NCBI GenBank assembly: GCA_043750125.1
Contig: JAYVCD010000070.1
Location: 1-22,225 of the forward strand
DNA: 22,225 bases
DNA from: Archangiaceae bacterium
GTDB taxonomy: Bacteria > Myxococcota > Myxococcia > Myxococcales > Myxococcaceae
Direction: 5' to 3'
The notes under the pieces were generated by a model. It had not been told where the DNA came from, did not search any database, and saw only the letters and a program-made list of their open reading frames with translations. Both the position numbers and the translations under genes were made by a program. Shown one piece after another: positions 1-8,402 of the stretch; positions within the stretch are counted from its first letter, which is position 1, and each line of letters opens with the position of its first letter.

Positions 1-1
1 G

Positions 2-289
2 CGTGGGGTCGAGCAGGTGTCCGGCGGTCAAGCCACTCCCCAGGAACAGGACCAGGATTCCGACGGCAGCTGCACCGCCGCCGGTGCGATCGGGGCCCCC
101 CGTGCGCGCACTGAGCGTGTCGACGAGCAGAATCGACGCCGCCCCCGCGCCGATCACCGCGTTGGTGACCAAGAGGTGAATCGCGCCTTTCGACATCGAG
201 AACGACACGCCGTTGGCTTCCTCTTCTTCCCCGAATGCGCTGGGCGCGGTCAGGACCATCAGCGCCAGTCCGAGCCGGAAAGGGCTCAT
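2..289 (-). CDS. Hypothetical exported/membrane protein (partial, runs off the left edge)
   Basis: Not in the ORF track; translated by hand. ATG at 289-287 overlaps the TGA of the upstream gene (ATGA). Reads MSPFRLGLALMVLTAPSAFGEEEEANG...LLVTNAVIGAGAASILLV...GGGAAAVGILVLFLGSGL... with no stop before the window edge. Signal-peptide-like N-terminus plus two hydrophobic Gly/Ala-rich segments. Confidence 0.7.
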   Translation of the reverse strand, partial: MSPFRLGLALMVLTAPSAFGEEEEANGVSFSMSKGAIHLLVTNAVIGAGAASILLVDTLSARTGGPDRTGGGAAAVGILVLFLGSGLTAGHLLDPT

Positions 290-1458
290 CGCAGCGGAGG
301 CAGCAGCAGGTAGCTGTACTTGTCGGTGCGGCGGTAATAGTAGCCGTCGACCCATGGGTAGCTCAGATCGTCGCGCTCGAGCAGGTGGGCGTCGACCAGA
401 GCGGTGAGCAGTTCGGGGACTTCGCCTTTTTCCAATCGGTACAGACCCAGCGCCGCTTCGATCCGGCTGATCTGCTGTCTGGAGATGAACCGTTGGGTGG
501 CGGGATCATTGTAGGTCGTCGCCGAATGGCCGACCTTCAGCGCGCCCACGTCGAGCCGGGTTCCGATGAAGAGCAAGCCGGCGAGCACCAACATGGTGAC
601 CAGCACCCGCCCGACCACGCCCGAAGCGCGCTCGACGAAGGTCAGCTCGCCTTCCATCTCGTCTTCCACCTGGTTGATGGTGGGGACGATGCGCAGGTAT
701 TCGAGGTTGACCAGGTTGCACAGCGCCTTGCAGGTCTCGAACTCTCCGAGGCAGCCCACGTCGATCAGCTTGCGGACGCTGCGGTTGCTGTTGACGAGGT
801 TGTAGCAGCGCCGCTCGGGCTCGCCGACCGCCTGAAACTCGCCCCCCTTGCTCTCTTTCTTGTCTCCGAACGCGTCGTCGAGCGCGTCGTCGAAAGAGTT
901 GACAGCCAGCGGCGCGGGCGGCAGCTCTTTGATCTTCTCGAAGGTCAGCGAATAGCCGGGAATCCTGCGGCGGACGCCGGGCCACTCGTCTACCATCCGG
1001 AAGCCTTCCATCAGCACGGTCTCGGCGCGCAGCGGGTCGAACATCGGGTCGACTTCGACCTCGCACTGCTCGAACTCGTAGCTGCCGGTCTTCCACGAGA
1101 ACAACTTGTAGAGCGTCTCGGTGTTCTGCAGCCCGACCATCTGCTTGAACTTGTCGGCGCTGATCATGTTTTGAGAAACCAGCACGTCGCCCAGTCGCTG
1201 CAGGGTTCGCTTCTGCGCGACCAACGCGAATTCGAGCTGCTCGGGCTTGATCAGCTCGGCTCGAACCAACATCGAGCCGATGAGGTCCTTCTGCTTGCGG
1301 CTGCTCGATTCGGCGCGGACGATGTTCCCGTCCTTGAACGCGATCTGGACTTCCTGGTCTTTGGCCTTCAGGTGCAGCTGACCGGTCTTCGTCTGTTGAC
1401 CAATCAGCTGGAGGATGTCGGCGATTCCGAAATCCTTGAGTGTGCCCTTGAGCGCCAT
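286..1458 (-). CDS. DUF4388 (PatA-N-like) domain membrane protein with MshEN-like tandem motif and C-terminal GspG-like segment
   Basis: N-terminus MALKGTLKDFGIADILQLIGQQTKTGQL and the LFSWKTGSYEF...LMEGFRMVDEW closure are typical of DUF4388. One TM helix at about residues 281-299. C-terminal IEAALGLYRLEKGEVP...L..L...YPWVDGYYY. Confidence 0.85.
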   Translation of the reverse strand: MALKGTLKDFGIADILQLIGQQTKTGQLHLKAKDQEVQIAFKDGNIVRAESSSRKQKDLIGSMLVRAELIKPEQLEFALVAQKRTLQRLGDVLVSQNMISADKFKQMVGLQNTETLYKLFSWKTGSYEFEQCEVEVDPMFDPLRAETVLMEGFRMVDEWPGVRRRIPGYSLTFEKIKELPPAPLAVNSFDDALDDAFGDKKESKGGEFQAVGEPERRCYNLVNSNRSVRKLIDVGCLGEFETCKALCNLVNLEYLRIVPTINQVEDEMEGELTFVERASGVVGRVLVTMLVLAGLLFIGTRLDVGALKVGHSATTYNDPATQRFISRQQISRIEAALGLYRLEKGEVPELLTALVDAHLLERDDLSYPWVDGYYYRRTDKYSYLLLPPLR

Positions 1459-1463
1459 GTCGG

Positions 1464-3578
1464 TTAGCCCTGCCTTCGGTACAGCCCGCGCAGCGAGAGC
1501 AGGTAGACGAGAATGAAGACTCCGCCCAGCGGGACCAACCGCAGCACCAGCGGAGCGGCCTCATACGGAGCGCGCAACACCCCGTTGCGCTGCAGGAACA
1601 AGACGATCACCAGCAGGAACAAGAACCCGTAGATCGTCCCGCGCACCACCAGGCCCGAGAAGACGTGGCCCATTCCGCTGCAGGCCAGGCCCAGGGCGTA
1701 GCTGACCCGTTCGATGCGCGTCTCGTAGCGCGTCACCTCGAGCTGCTTTCGAACTTTCAGTGAAGGCGGCACCACGCCCTTGCGCGCGAAGACGTTGACG
1801 CACTGGGTGCACAGCGTGCTGCCCTTGCTCAGCTCGCGGTCGGCGCGGCGGCTCACGGGGGATCCGCACTTGCCGCACGGCCGGGCCGCTTCGAGCGCCG
1901 CGCTCAAGAAACCCAGGGCCAACAACACCCATGCGCCGAACGCGGGAAAAAACGGAGCGGCGACTTCGGGCAGCTCGCCCAGCAGGGACGCCGACAGCTG
2001 GGAATGGACGCGCTCTTCGGCCTCGGGAAGGGCCGCCAGGCTGAGAAGTTGTTCCGGGTCCAGAGGCAGCGTCAGCAGAAAAACGTTGCCGGTGAGCTTC
2101 TCGTTCGGCTGCGGCTCTTTGGCTTCCCCGATCAGGGGGTTGCGGTTGCGGGCCTCGACCATTGCTGCGCTGGCGCGATCCATCTCGGCCGCCATCACGT
2201 CCTTCCCGAACATCGCCGCGCGCAGCTGGTAGAGGCGGGCCAGGTCAAACAGCGGCTCGCCGAGCGTCGGGGCAGACCGGGCGGCGCTCTCGAACAGCCC
2301 CTTGGGATTCTCGAGGTCGGCGTTGAGCAGCATCGCGACTGCCAGGTTGACCTCGGCCCGGGGATCATTGGGCTTCTTCAGCAGCGCGGCCTTGAACCGG
2401 GAAATCGCCAATTCCAGCTTTCCGCGCCGAAGCTCGAATCGCCCCAGGGCAAACAGCTCGGCGAACGACGCCTTTTCCTGGGCTGCCTTCTGGGTCAGCT
2501 TCTGCGCCAGCCCTTCGGCCCCACTGCCCCCCTGCTCGAGCAGGTACGCGGCCTCGGCGGGTGTGCCGGCGAATGCGGTGTGGTGGACGACGGCGGCGCC
2601 GAGCAGCGGCATCGCTCCCAGCAGGCTCACCAACACCGCAGCGACCACCCGTTCAGCGGTACCCAGGTAAAGCACCACCGCGGCCAGGCCGGTGAGCAGG
2701 ACGGGGGCCACGCCCATTCGAAAGACGATGGGCAGCAGGAGGATCAACACCGCCACCGCGGTGGACTGCCAGCGGGCGAGAACTTTGGGAAAGAGAAAAT
2801 GGAAGTCGAAGAAGAAGTAGCGCGCCCGACGGGCAAACAGCACTGCGATCACCACGACGGCGAGCGCCGCCAGGGCGGTGAGCAGCGCGGTGAGGAAGTC
2901 GGCGAGCGCCGGCCGGAAGTAGCGGGGGTCGGCCACGGTCTTTTGCAGCGAGGTCTTGAGCGCCCCGAGAATACGGGGAAGCCCGCTGGGCTCGACGGCG
3001 GTGTAGACCCTGGCCAGGCCAAGCCAGGACGTGGGAACGTCGGGAGCCAGCTCGACGGCGGCCAGGCCCAGGTCGATCGCCCCCGCAGAGTCACCCGACG
3101 CTTCGTGGACCAGGGCGGCACGAAGCATTCCTTGAGCAAACGACTCGAGGTTGCTGGCGCCGATTTCTCCTTTGAGGGCCAACAGCTCTTTGCGCGCCGA
3201 AGCCTCTGCCTTCACATCGGGAGAAGCGTTGGCGAGCTTCCATTTTTCCCACGCGGCGTCGAGGTCGGCGTCATTGGCCCGGGTCACGGCCACTGCAAAG
3301 TCCGGCGGCCGGGGCACCGGGGCAGGCTCGGGGGCCTTCTTGGGTTCCACCTTCTTCGCGCTGAAGCGCGGGCCAGCGTCCGGACGCGCGACCGGAACGA
3401 TCGGGTCACGCTTCACCGGAAGATCGTCATCGACCTGATCGATCGGCTGCTTTTCTTCGACCGCCTTCTTCTGGGCCGGAAGGTCGGGGTCGACGAGGTC
3501 CACCTGCGCCCAGGCGGGCGAGGAGAAGCAGAGCGCGACGATTGCTACGGGAACGGTGGAGATCCAGCCAGGAAGCAT
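1464..3578 (-). CDS. Multi-pass membrane TPR protein with CxxC...CxxC motif
   Basis: The ORF-track start (3668) overlaps mazG, so ATG at 3578 is preferred; it gives a signal peptide ending SSPAWA|Q. TPR-like helices (AVELAPDVPTSWLGLARVY; ALLKKPNDPRAEVNLAVAM; LFDLARLY), several hydrophobic segments, and PCGKCG...LCTQC near the C-terminus. Exact start uncertain. Confidence 0.8.
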   Translation of the reverse strand: MLPGWISTVPVAIVALCFSSPAWAQVDLVDPDLPAQKKAVEEKQPIDQVDDDLPVKRDPIVPVARPDAGPRFSAKKVEPKKAPEPAPVPRPPDFAVAVTRANDADLDAAWEKWKLANASPDVKAEASARKELLALKGEIGASNLESFAQGMLRAALVHEASGDSAGAIDLGLAAVELAPDVPTSWLGLARVYTAVEPSGLPRILGALKTSLQKTVADPRYFRPALADFLTALLTALAALAVVVIAVLFARRARYFFFDFHFLFPKVLARWQSTAVAVLILLLPIVFRMGVAPVLLTGLAAVVLYLGTAERVVAAVLVSLLGAMPLLGAAVVHHTAFAGTPAEAAYLLEQGGSGAEGLAQKLTQKAAQEKASFAELFALGRFELRRGKLELAISRFKAALLKKPNDPRAEVNLAVAMLLNADLENPKGLFESAARSAPTLGEPLFDLARLYQLRAAMFGKDVMAAEMDRASAAMVEARNRNPLIGEAKEPQPNEKLTGNVFLLTLPLDPEQLLSLAALPEAEERVHSQLSASLLGELPEVAAPFFPAFGAWVLLALGFLSAALEAARPCGKCGSPVSRRADRELSKGSTLCTQCVNVFARKGVVPPSLKVRKQLEVTRYETRIERVSYALGLACSGMGHVFSGLVVRGTIYGFLFLLVIVLFLQRNGVLRAPYEAAPLVLRLVPLGGVFILVYLLSLRGLYRRQG

Positions 3579-3618
3579 CTGAGGGCGCCGATGATACGTT
3601 CTGCTATGGCCCGGAGCG

Positions 3619-4464
3619 ATGAATGAGATCCAAAAAGACGTAGGCCCGAGCCTGCAGCGCCTGGTCACCCTGATGCGGACGTTGCGCGCCCCCGACGGCT
3701 GCCCGTGGGACGCCGAGCAGGACTTGAGGTCGCTGCGGCCCTACCTGGTCGAGGAATGTTACGAGGTGCTCGACGAGATGGATCGGGTGTCCTACGGCGG
3801 CGCCTGGCGACCCTTCGCCGAAGAGCTGGGCGACCTGCTCTTTCAGATTGTCTTTCATTCGCAGCTGGCCGCCGAGAAAGGCGAGTTTGGAATGGCCGAG
3901 GTCTGCACCGCGATCGCCGACAAGATCGAAAGTCGCCACCCCCACGTGTTCGGGCAGAACAAGCCGAAGCTCGCGGGCTCGACCCAGGTGTTGGAAAACT
4001 GGGCGAAGTTGAAAGCGGACGAGAGGAAGAAGAAGACCGGGAAGGTCGGCAGTGTCCTCGAAGGGGTCCCTTCCGCGGCCCCGGCCCTGCTGCGCGCCGA
4101 ACGCCTGGCCGAGAAGGCCTCGCGCATCGGCTTCGACTGGAAGCAGGTGAAGGACGTTCGCGCCAAGCTCGATGAAGAGCTGGCCGAGCTCGACGAGGCG
4201 ATTGCGGGCGGCGATCGGGACCAGATGGAGCACGAGCTGGGCGATGTGCTGTTCTCGGTCGCCAACCTGGCCCGGTGGATCAAGACCCCGGCGGAAGATG
4301 CGCTGAGGCAGGCCAACGCACGGTTTACTCAGCGTTTTCAGCGAATCGAGCAGTTGCTGGAGCAGCAAGAGGTGAAGTTCGGGCAGGCGAGCGCCGAGCA
4401 GCTCGAGGCGCTGTGGGAACAGGCCAAGCGCGAGGAGCAGGCCGCTCTGGCCGCGAAAGCTTGA
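3619..4464 (+). CDS. mazG: Nucleoside triphosphate pyrophosphohydrolase MazG (tandem MazG domains)
   Basis: LRAPDGCPWD, EECYEVLD, EELGDLLFQIVFH, RHPHVFG, GFDW, EELAE and ELGDVLF motifs. Confidence 0.96.
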   Translation: MNEIQKDVGPSLQRLVTLMRTLRAPDGCPWDAEQDLRSLRPYLVEECYEVLDEMDRVSYGGAWRPFAEELGDLLFQIVFHSQLAAEKGEFGMAEVCTAIADKIESRHPHVFGQNKPKLAGSTQVLENWAKLKADERKKKTGKVGSVLEGVPSAAPALLRAERLAEKASRIGFDWKQVKDVRAKLDEELAELDEAIAGGDRDQMEHELGDVLFSVANLARWIKTPAEDALRQANARFTQRFQRIEQLLEQQEVKFGQASAEQLEALWEQAKREEQAALAAKA

Positions 4465-4490
4465 CCCTTGCAGGCGCGCCGTCGTAGGTA
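4461..4490 (+). promoter_or_regulatory. Possible sigma70-type promoter for rpsT
   Basis: TTGACC (4461-4466), an 18-nt spacer, then TAGGTA (4485-4490). The -35 is good and the -10 is imperfect. Confidence 0.3.
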
Positions 4491-4516
4491 GCCCCCCTTT
4501 CTCAAACGAACTCTCG

Positions 4517-4522
4517 AAGGAG
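4517..4522 (+). promoter_or_regulatory. Shine-Dalgarno of rpsT
   Basis: AAGGAG 7 nt upstream of the TTG start at 4530. Confidence 0.75.
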
Positions 4523-4529
4523 CAGTACC

Positions 4530-4793
4530 TTGGCCAACACCCGATCTGCAACGAAGCGTAACCGTCAGTCCGTCAAGCGCCGCGCCCGTAACGTGTCGGT
4601 GCGCAATGGCGTGAAGTCCGTGGTCCGCAAGGCCCGTGAGGCGATCATCGCAGGAGATCCGGTCAAGGCGAAGGAAGCCGTTCGGGTGGCGACGCGCCTT
4701 CTGGATCGCGCTTCGACCAAGGGCGTGCTCCACGCAGGCAACGCCGCGCGGCGCATCGCTCGTCTGGCCCACGCGCTCGTCACCAAGAAATAG
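4530..4793 (+). CDS. rpsT: 30S ribosomal protein S20
   Basis: MANTRSATKRNRQS.KRRARN...KG.LH.GNAARRIARL; 87 aa, highly basic; TTG start with strong SD. Confidence 0.97.
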   Translation: MANTRSATKRNRQSVKRRARNVSVRNGVKSVVRKAREAIIAGDPVKAKEAVRVATRLLDRASTKGVLHAGNAARRIARLAHALVTKK

Positions 4794-4796
4794 CGT

Positions 4797-5288
4797 TTAC
4801 CGGCTGGCGAGTCGTTCGTACCCTTCTCGCATCAGCCCTTCGGCAAGTCGGCGCAGCGCGGCCGACCGATTGGCCTCGGTGAGCAGCACGTCTGCTCCCG
4901 AGAGGTAGTCCTCGCTTCCGCTCACATTCGTTTCCGACAGCACCCGCCCTGCCCTCTGCAGCTTGAGGTGGACGCTTGCGCTAAGGCGGTAGGTCGGCAG
5001 CTTCGAGTTTCCAGTGGTGCGGTCGATGCCCGGAAGCACGGGCGCCCCGCTGACCGAATCGAGCGTGCCTTCGACCACCGCTTCGGTCTGATCCGAGCCC
5101 AGGGCGCCTGAGCGGGTGAGCTGTTCCCGGAACGCCTGGGTGAAGAGGATCTCGGCGTTGGGCTCGGAAGTGTGGTTGTCGAACATCGGAGCCCGCACTG
5201 CCCGAAGTCCTTCCGGCAGCGCACCCCCCGCAGCGGTGAAGCGGTAGCCGCAGGCGCACAGCGCGAAGATCAACAGGCTGCGGCGCAT
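4797..5288 (-). CDS. lptE: LPS assembly lipoprotein LptE
   Basis: Start at ATG 5288 gives MRRSLLIFALCA|CGYRF (lipobox followed by CGY/F). Contains F.N.T.EP..E..FT.A, and lies downstream of leuS as is usual for lptE. Confidence 0.88.
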   Translation of the reverse strand: MRRSLLIFALCACGYRFTAAGGALPEGLRAVRAPMFDNHTSEPNAEILFTQAFREQLTRSGALGSDQTEAVVEGTLDSVSGAPVLPGIDRTTGNSKLPTYRLSASVHLKLQRAGRVLSETNVSGSEDYLSGADVLLTEANRSAALRRLAEGLMREGYERLASR

Positions 5289-5306
5289 GTTTTGGGAACC
5301 CACTGC

Positions 5307-5861
5307 TTAGAACGTCATCACCGTCTGCATCGGGCCGGGGATCACGAGGTTGGCCTGGGGAACGGGATCCATAATGTCGAGCCGATGGCGAATCTCGTCG
5401 GCTTCCCTTCCATTGAGGGTGCGGGCCTTGATCCGCAGGCCCAGGGTGATTCCCCCGACGATCGCCAGAATGATCCCGACGGTGACCATTACGAACCCCA
5501 CGCCCAGGACGATGGCGGCCGCGGTGGTGAAGCCCATCACCGTCCCTCGGGCCGAAGCGATGAGGCCAATCAGTCCTCCGGCGGTGATTCCCAGGCCGGG
5601 GATGATCAGCGCCACTCCGACGGCGAGGGTGGCGATAGGCCCTCCCAGACCCGGGCGCGTTTCGTCCAGACGCCGCAGCTCGGCCGACAGCTGCTCGCGG
5701 GTGAGCTGATCAAACATCGGCCGGGGCACACCCTCGTCTTCCGAGACGAGCAGCGGGGCGAACCGGGCCGAGCTCAACGCGATGTGCCGAGCCTGAACGT
5801 TGTCGACCAGCCCAATGCCGGGCGAAAATTGGAGCAGGGTTGCGAGCAATAGAGCGGTCAA
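5307..5861 (-). CDS. Hypothetical membrane protein (signal peptide plus two long hydrophobic helices)
   Basis: TTG-started ORF fills the leuS-lptE gap (11 and 18 nt spacers). Hydrophobic N-terminus, then GGPIATLAVGVALIIPGLGITAGGLIGLI and AAAIVLGVGFVMVTVGIILAIVGGITLG. Confidence 0.75.
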   Translation of the reverse strand: MTALLLATLLQFSPGIGLVDNVQARHIALSSARFAPLLVSEDEGVPRPMFDQLTREQLSAELRRLDETRPGLGGPIATLAVGVALIIPGLGITAGGLIGLIASARGTVMGFTTAAAIVLGVGFVMVTVGIILAIVGGITLGLRIKARTLNGREADEIRHRLDIMDPVPQANLVIPGPMQTVMTF

Positions 5862-5872
5862 GAGGGCCTCTT

Positions 5873-8356
5873 TCAGATGACGATGTTGATCAACCGCTTC
5901 GGTACGAAGATCACCTTCTTGATGGTCTGCCCCGCCAGGGCGGCCTTCACCTTTTCATCGGCTTCCGCGGCGGTGCGCACTTCGGCTTCGGTGGCCGCGG
6001 CGGGCACCCGCACCTCGCCCTTGAGCTTGCCGTTGATCTGCACCGCGTACGGCAGCACATCGTCGACCACCAGCGCGGGGTCGAAGGCAGGCCACGGCTG
6101 TTCGACGGTGCAGGCCTTGAGCCCGTAGCTGCTCGCCAGCTCGTCAGCCAAGTGGGGAGCAAACGGGGTCAGCAGCACGGCCAGGGCGGCGATCGCCTCG
6201 GCCATCGCCGCCTTCTCGGCGTCAGTCACCGGGGTCTGCGCGAGGTAGAGCGCGTTGACGAATTCCATCATCGAGGCGATGGCGGTGTTGAAGGACAGCC
6301 TCTCGATCGCGATCCCCACCCGCATGATCGCCCGGTGGGTGGCCCGCCGAATTTCCAGGGCCTTGCCTTCCCAGGGGCCCGCCCAGCCCACGCCGTTGCA
6401 GGCCGCGTGGTGCCCAAACGCGAGCGCGTAGACCCGCTTCAAGAATCGAAACTGGCCCTCGACCTGCTCGTCGCTCCAATCGAAGTCGCGCTCAGGCGGC
6501 CCTGCGAACAACACGTACATTCGACAGGTGTCCGCCCCGTACTTGTTGACGATCACCGACGGAGCCACCCCATTGCCCGCGCGCTTGGACATCTTCAACC
6601 CGTCGGCGCCGTTGACGATGCCCTGGGTGATGAGGCGCGTGACCGGCTCGTCGGTCGCAACCAGGCCCAGCTCTTTCATCACCCGGTACCAGAAGCGGAA
6701 ATACAGCAGGTGCATCGTCGCGTGCTCGGGCCCGCCCACGTAGATGTCGACCGGCAGGTAGGTGGCGGCAGCTTTCGGGTCGAAGGGGCCCTGCTCGAAG
6801 TGCGGGCTGAGGTACCGCGCGAAGTACCAGGTCGAGTCGACGAAGGTGTCCATCGTCTCGGTCTCGCGCCGCGCCGGCCCCGCACACTTCGGGCAGGAAA
6901 TGTTGACGAACGCGGGCACCTTCGCCAACGGCGGCTCGCCTTTCCCAGTCAGCACTTCCTTCACGTCGATGTCCGGCAGGCGCACCGGCAGCTGCGCATA
7001 GGGGACCGCGAGGCCCTCGTGCCTGGGATCGCACGCGTCGCAGTAGATGATCGGAATCGGCGTGCCCCAGTAGCGCTGGCGCGAGAAGCCCCAGTCTTTC
7101 TGGCGCCAGGTGACCATCGTCTTGCCCAGCCCCCTGGCTTCGAGCGCGTCCCGCATCGTGGCGCGGGCCTGCACTGAGCCGAGCCCCGAAAATTCACCCG
7201 AGCTCACCAGCGTGCCGTCTTCGGTCAACGCAGCCACCAACGGCGCCTCGAGACTTCCGGTCAGCGGCTGGACCACCGGGATGATCGGCAGGGCGTACTT
7301 CTGGGCAAATGCAAAATCGCGCGTGTCGTGGGCGGGCACGCTCATCACCGCGCCGGTGCCGTAGTCGGCGAGCACGAAGTTGGCGATCCACACCGGCACT
7401 TTCTGGCCGTTGAAAGGGTTGAGCGCGTGGGCGCCGGTGAAGACTCCTTCCTTCTCGGCGGCCTCGTCGGTGCGTTCGGTCTTCGATCTACGGGCCATCT
7501 TTGCGGCGAAGGCGACCACCGCCGCCCGCTGCGCGTCGGTGGTGATCGCGGCGACCCGCGGGTGATCTGCAGCCAGCACCAGGTAGGTGCAGCCGAAGAT
7601 CGTGTCGACCCGGGTAGTGAAGATCCGGATTTTTTCGGGGTGGGCGTCAATCTGGAAGTCGACCTCGGCGCCTTCGGACCTTCCAATCCAGTTGCGCTGG
7701 GCGGCGATGATCCGATCGGGCCATTGCTTCAGGGTGTCGAGCGCGTCGAGCAGCACCTGCGAGTAACGGGTGATTCGAAACGCCCACTCGGGCATCTCTT
7801 TGTCGATCACCGGCGAGCCGCACCGCTCGCAGGCGCCGTCTTTCACCTGCTCGTTGGCGATGACCGTCAGACAGCCGGTGCACCAGTTGACCTTCGAGCG
7901 GCGGCGGTAGACCAGGCCGCGCTCGAGCATCTTCAGGAAGAACCACTGATTCCACCGGTAATACTCAGGGTCGCTGGTGTTGATTTCCAGCGACCAGTCG
8001 TACGCGAAGCCGAGCGAGAGCATCTCGGCCTTGAACGTCACGATGTTCTGGGCGGTGCGTGCCGCGGGGTGCACCCCTTCTTTCATCGCCGCATTTTCCG
8101 CAGGCAGACCGAACGCGTCCCACCCCATCGGGTGAACTACGTCGAAGCCCTTCATCTGAAAGTAGCGCGCGTAGACATCGCCCAGCAGATAGTTGCGCAC
8201 GTGCCCCATGTGCATGTTTCCGCTGGGGTACGGCAGCATCTCGGCCACGTACTTTTTGGGCCGGTTCGGTTGGCGACCGGCTCGAAACAGCTGCAGCTCT
8301 TCCCACCGCTGCTTCCAACGGGGCTCGATGACGGACGGCTCGTAACGCTCGTTCAT
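5873..8356 (-). CDS. leuS: Leucine--tRNA ligase
   Basis: MLPYPSGNMHMGH (HIGH motif), GWDAFGLPAENAA, CP1 editing domain (FTTRVDT, GTGAVMSVPAHDTRD), SRQRYWGTPIP, RETETMDTF, KMSKR, C-terminal VQINGK. Confidence 0.98.
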   Translation of the reverse strand: MNERYEPSVIEPRWKQRWEELQLFRAGRQPNRPKKYVAEMLPYPSGNMHMGHVRNYLLGDVYARYFQMKGFDVVHPMGWDAFGLPAENAAMKEGVHPAARTAQNIVTFKAEMLSLGFAYDWSLEINTSDPEYYRWNQWFFLKMLERGLVYRRRSKVNWCTGCLTVIANEQVKDGACERCGSPVIDKEMPEWAFRITRYSQVLLDALDTLKQWPDRIIAAQRNWIGRSEGAEVDFQIDAHPEKIRIFTTRVDTIFGCTYLVLAADHPRVAAITTDAQRAAVVAFAAKMARRSKTERTDEAAEKEGVFTGAHALNPFNGQKVPVWIANFVLADYGTGAVMSVPAHDTRDFAFAQKYALPIIPVVQPLTGSLEAPLVAALTEDGTLVSSGEFSGLGSVQARATMRDALEARGLGKTMVTWRQKDWGFSRQRYWGTPIPIIYCDACDPRHEGLAVPYAQLPVRLPDIDVKEVLTGKGEPPLAKVPAFVNISCPKCAGPARRETETMDTFVDSTWYFARYLSPHFEQGPFDPKAAATYLPVDIYVGGPEHATMHLLYFRFWYRVMKELGLVATDEPVTRLITQGIVNGADGLKMSKRAGNGVAPSVIVNKYGADTCRMYVLFAGPPERDFDWSDEQVEGQFRFLKRVYALAFGHHAACNGVGWAGPWEGKALEIRRATHRAIMRVGIAIERLSFNTAIASMMEFVNALYLAQTPVTDAEKAAMAEAIAALAVLLTPFAPHLADELASSYGLKACTVEQPWPAFDPALVVDDVLPYAVQINGKLKGEVRVPAAATEAEVRTAAEADEKVKAALAGQTIKKVIFVPKRLINIVI

Positions 8357-8402
8357 TTCGGCGATCTCATAGGGACTTCTGAGACCTGACGCAACGAGAC
8401 CG

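Noticed and set aside
3619..4464. mazG as part of a toxin-antitoxin or anti-phage system
   Set aside because: It is the ordinary tandem-domain form next to rpsT, with no mazEF or defence genes nearby.
8357..8402. T-box or attenuator upstream of leuS
   Set aside because: The gap is only 46 nt, too short, and no T-box sequence is visible.
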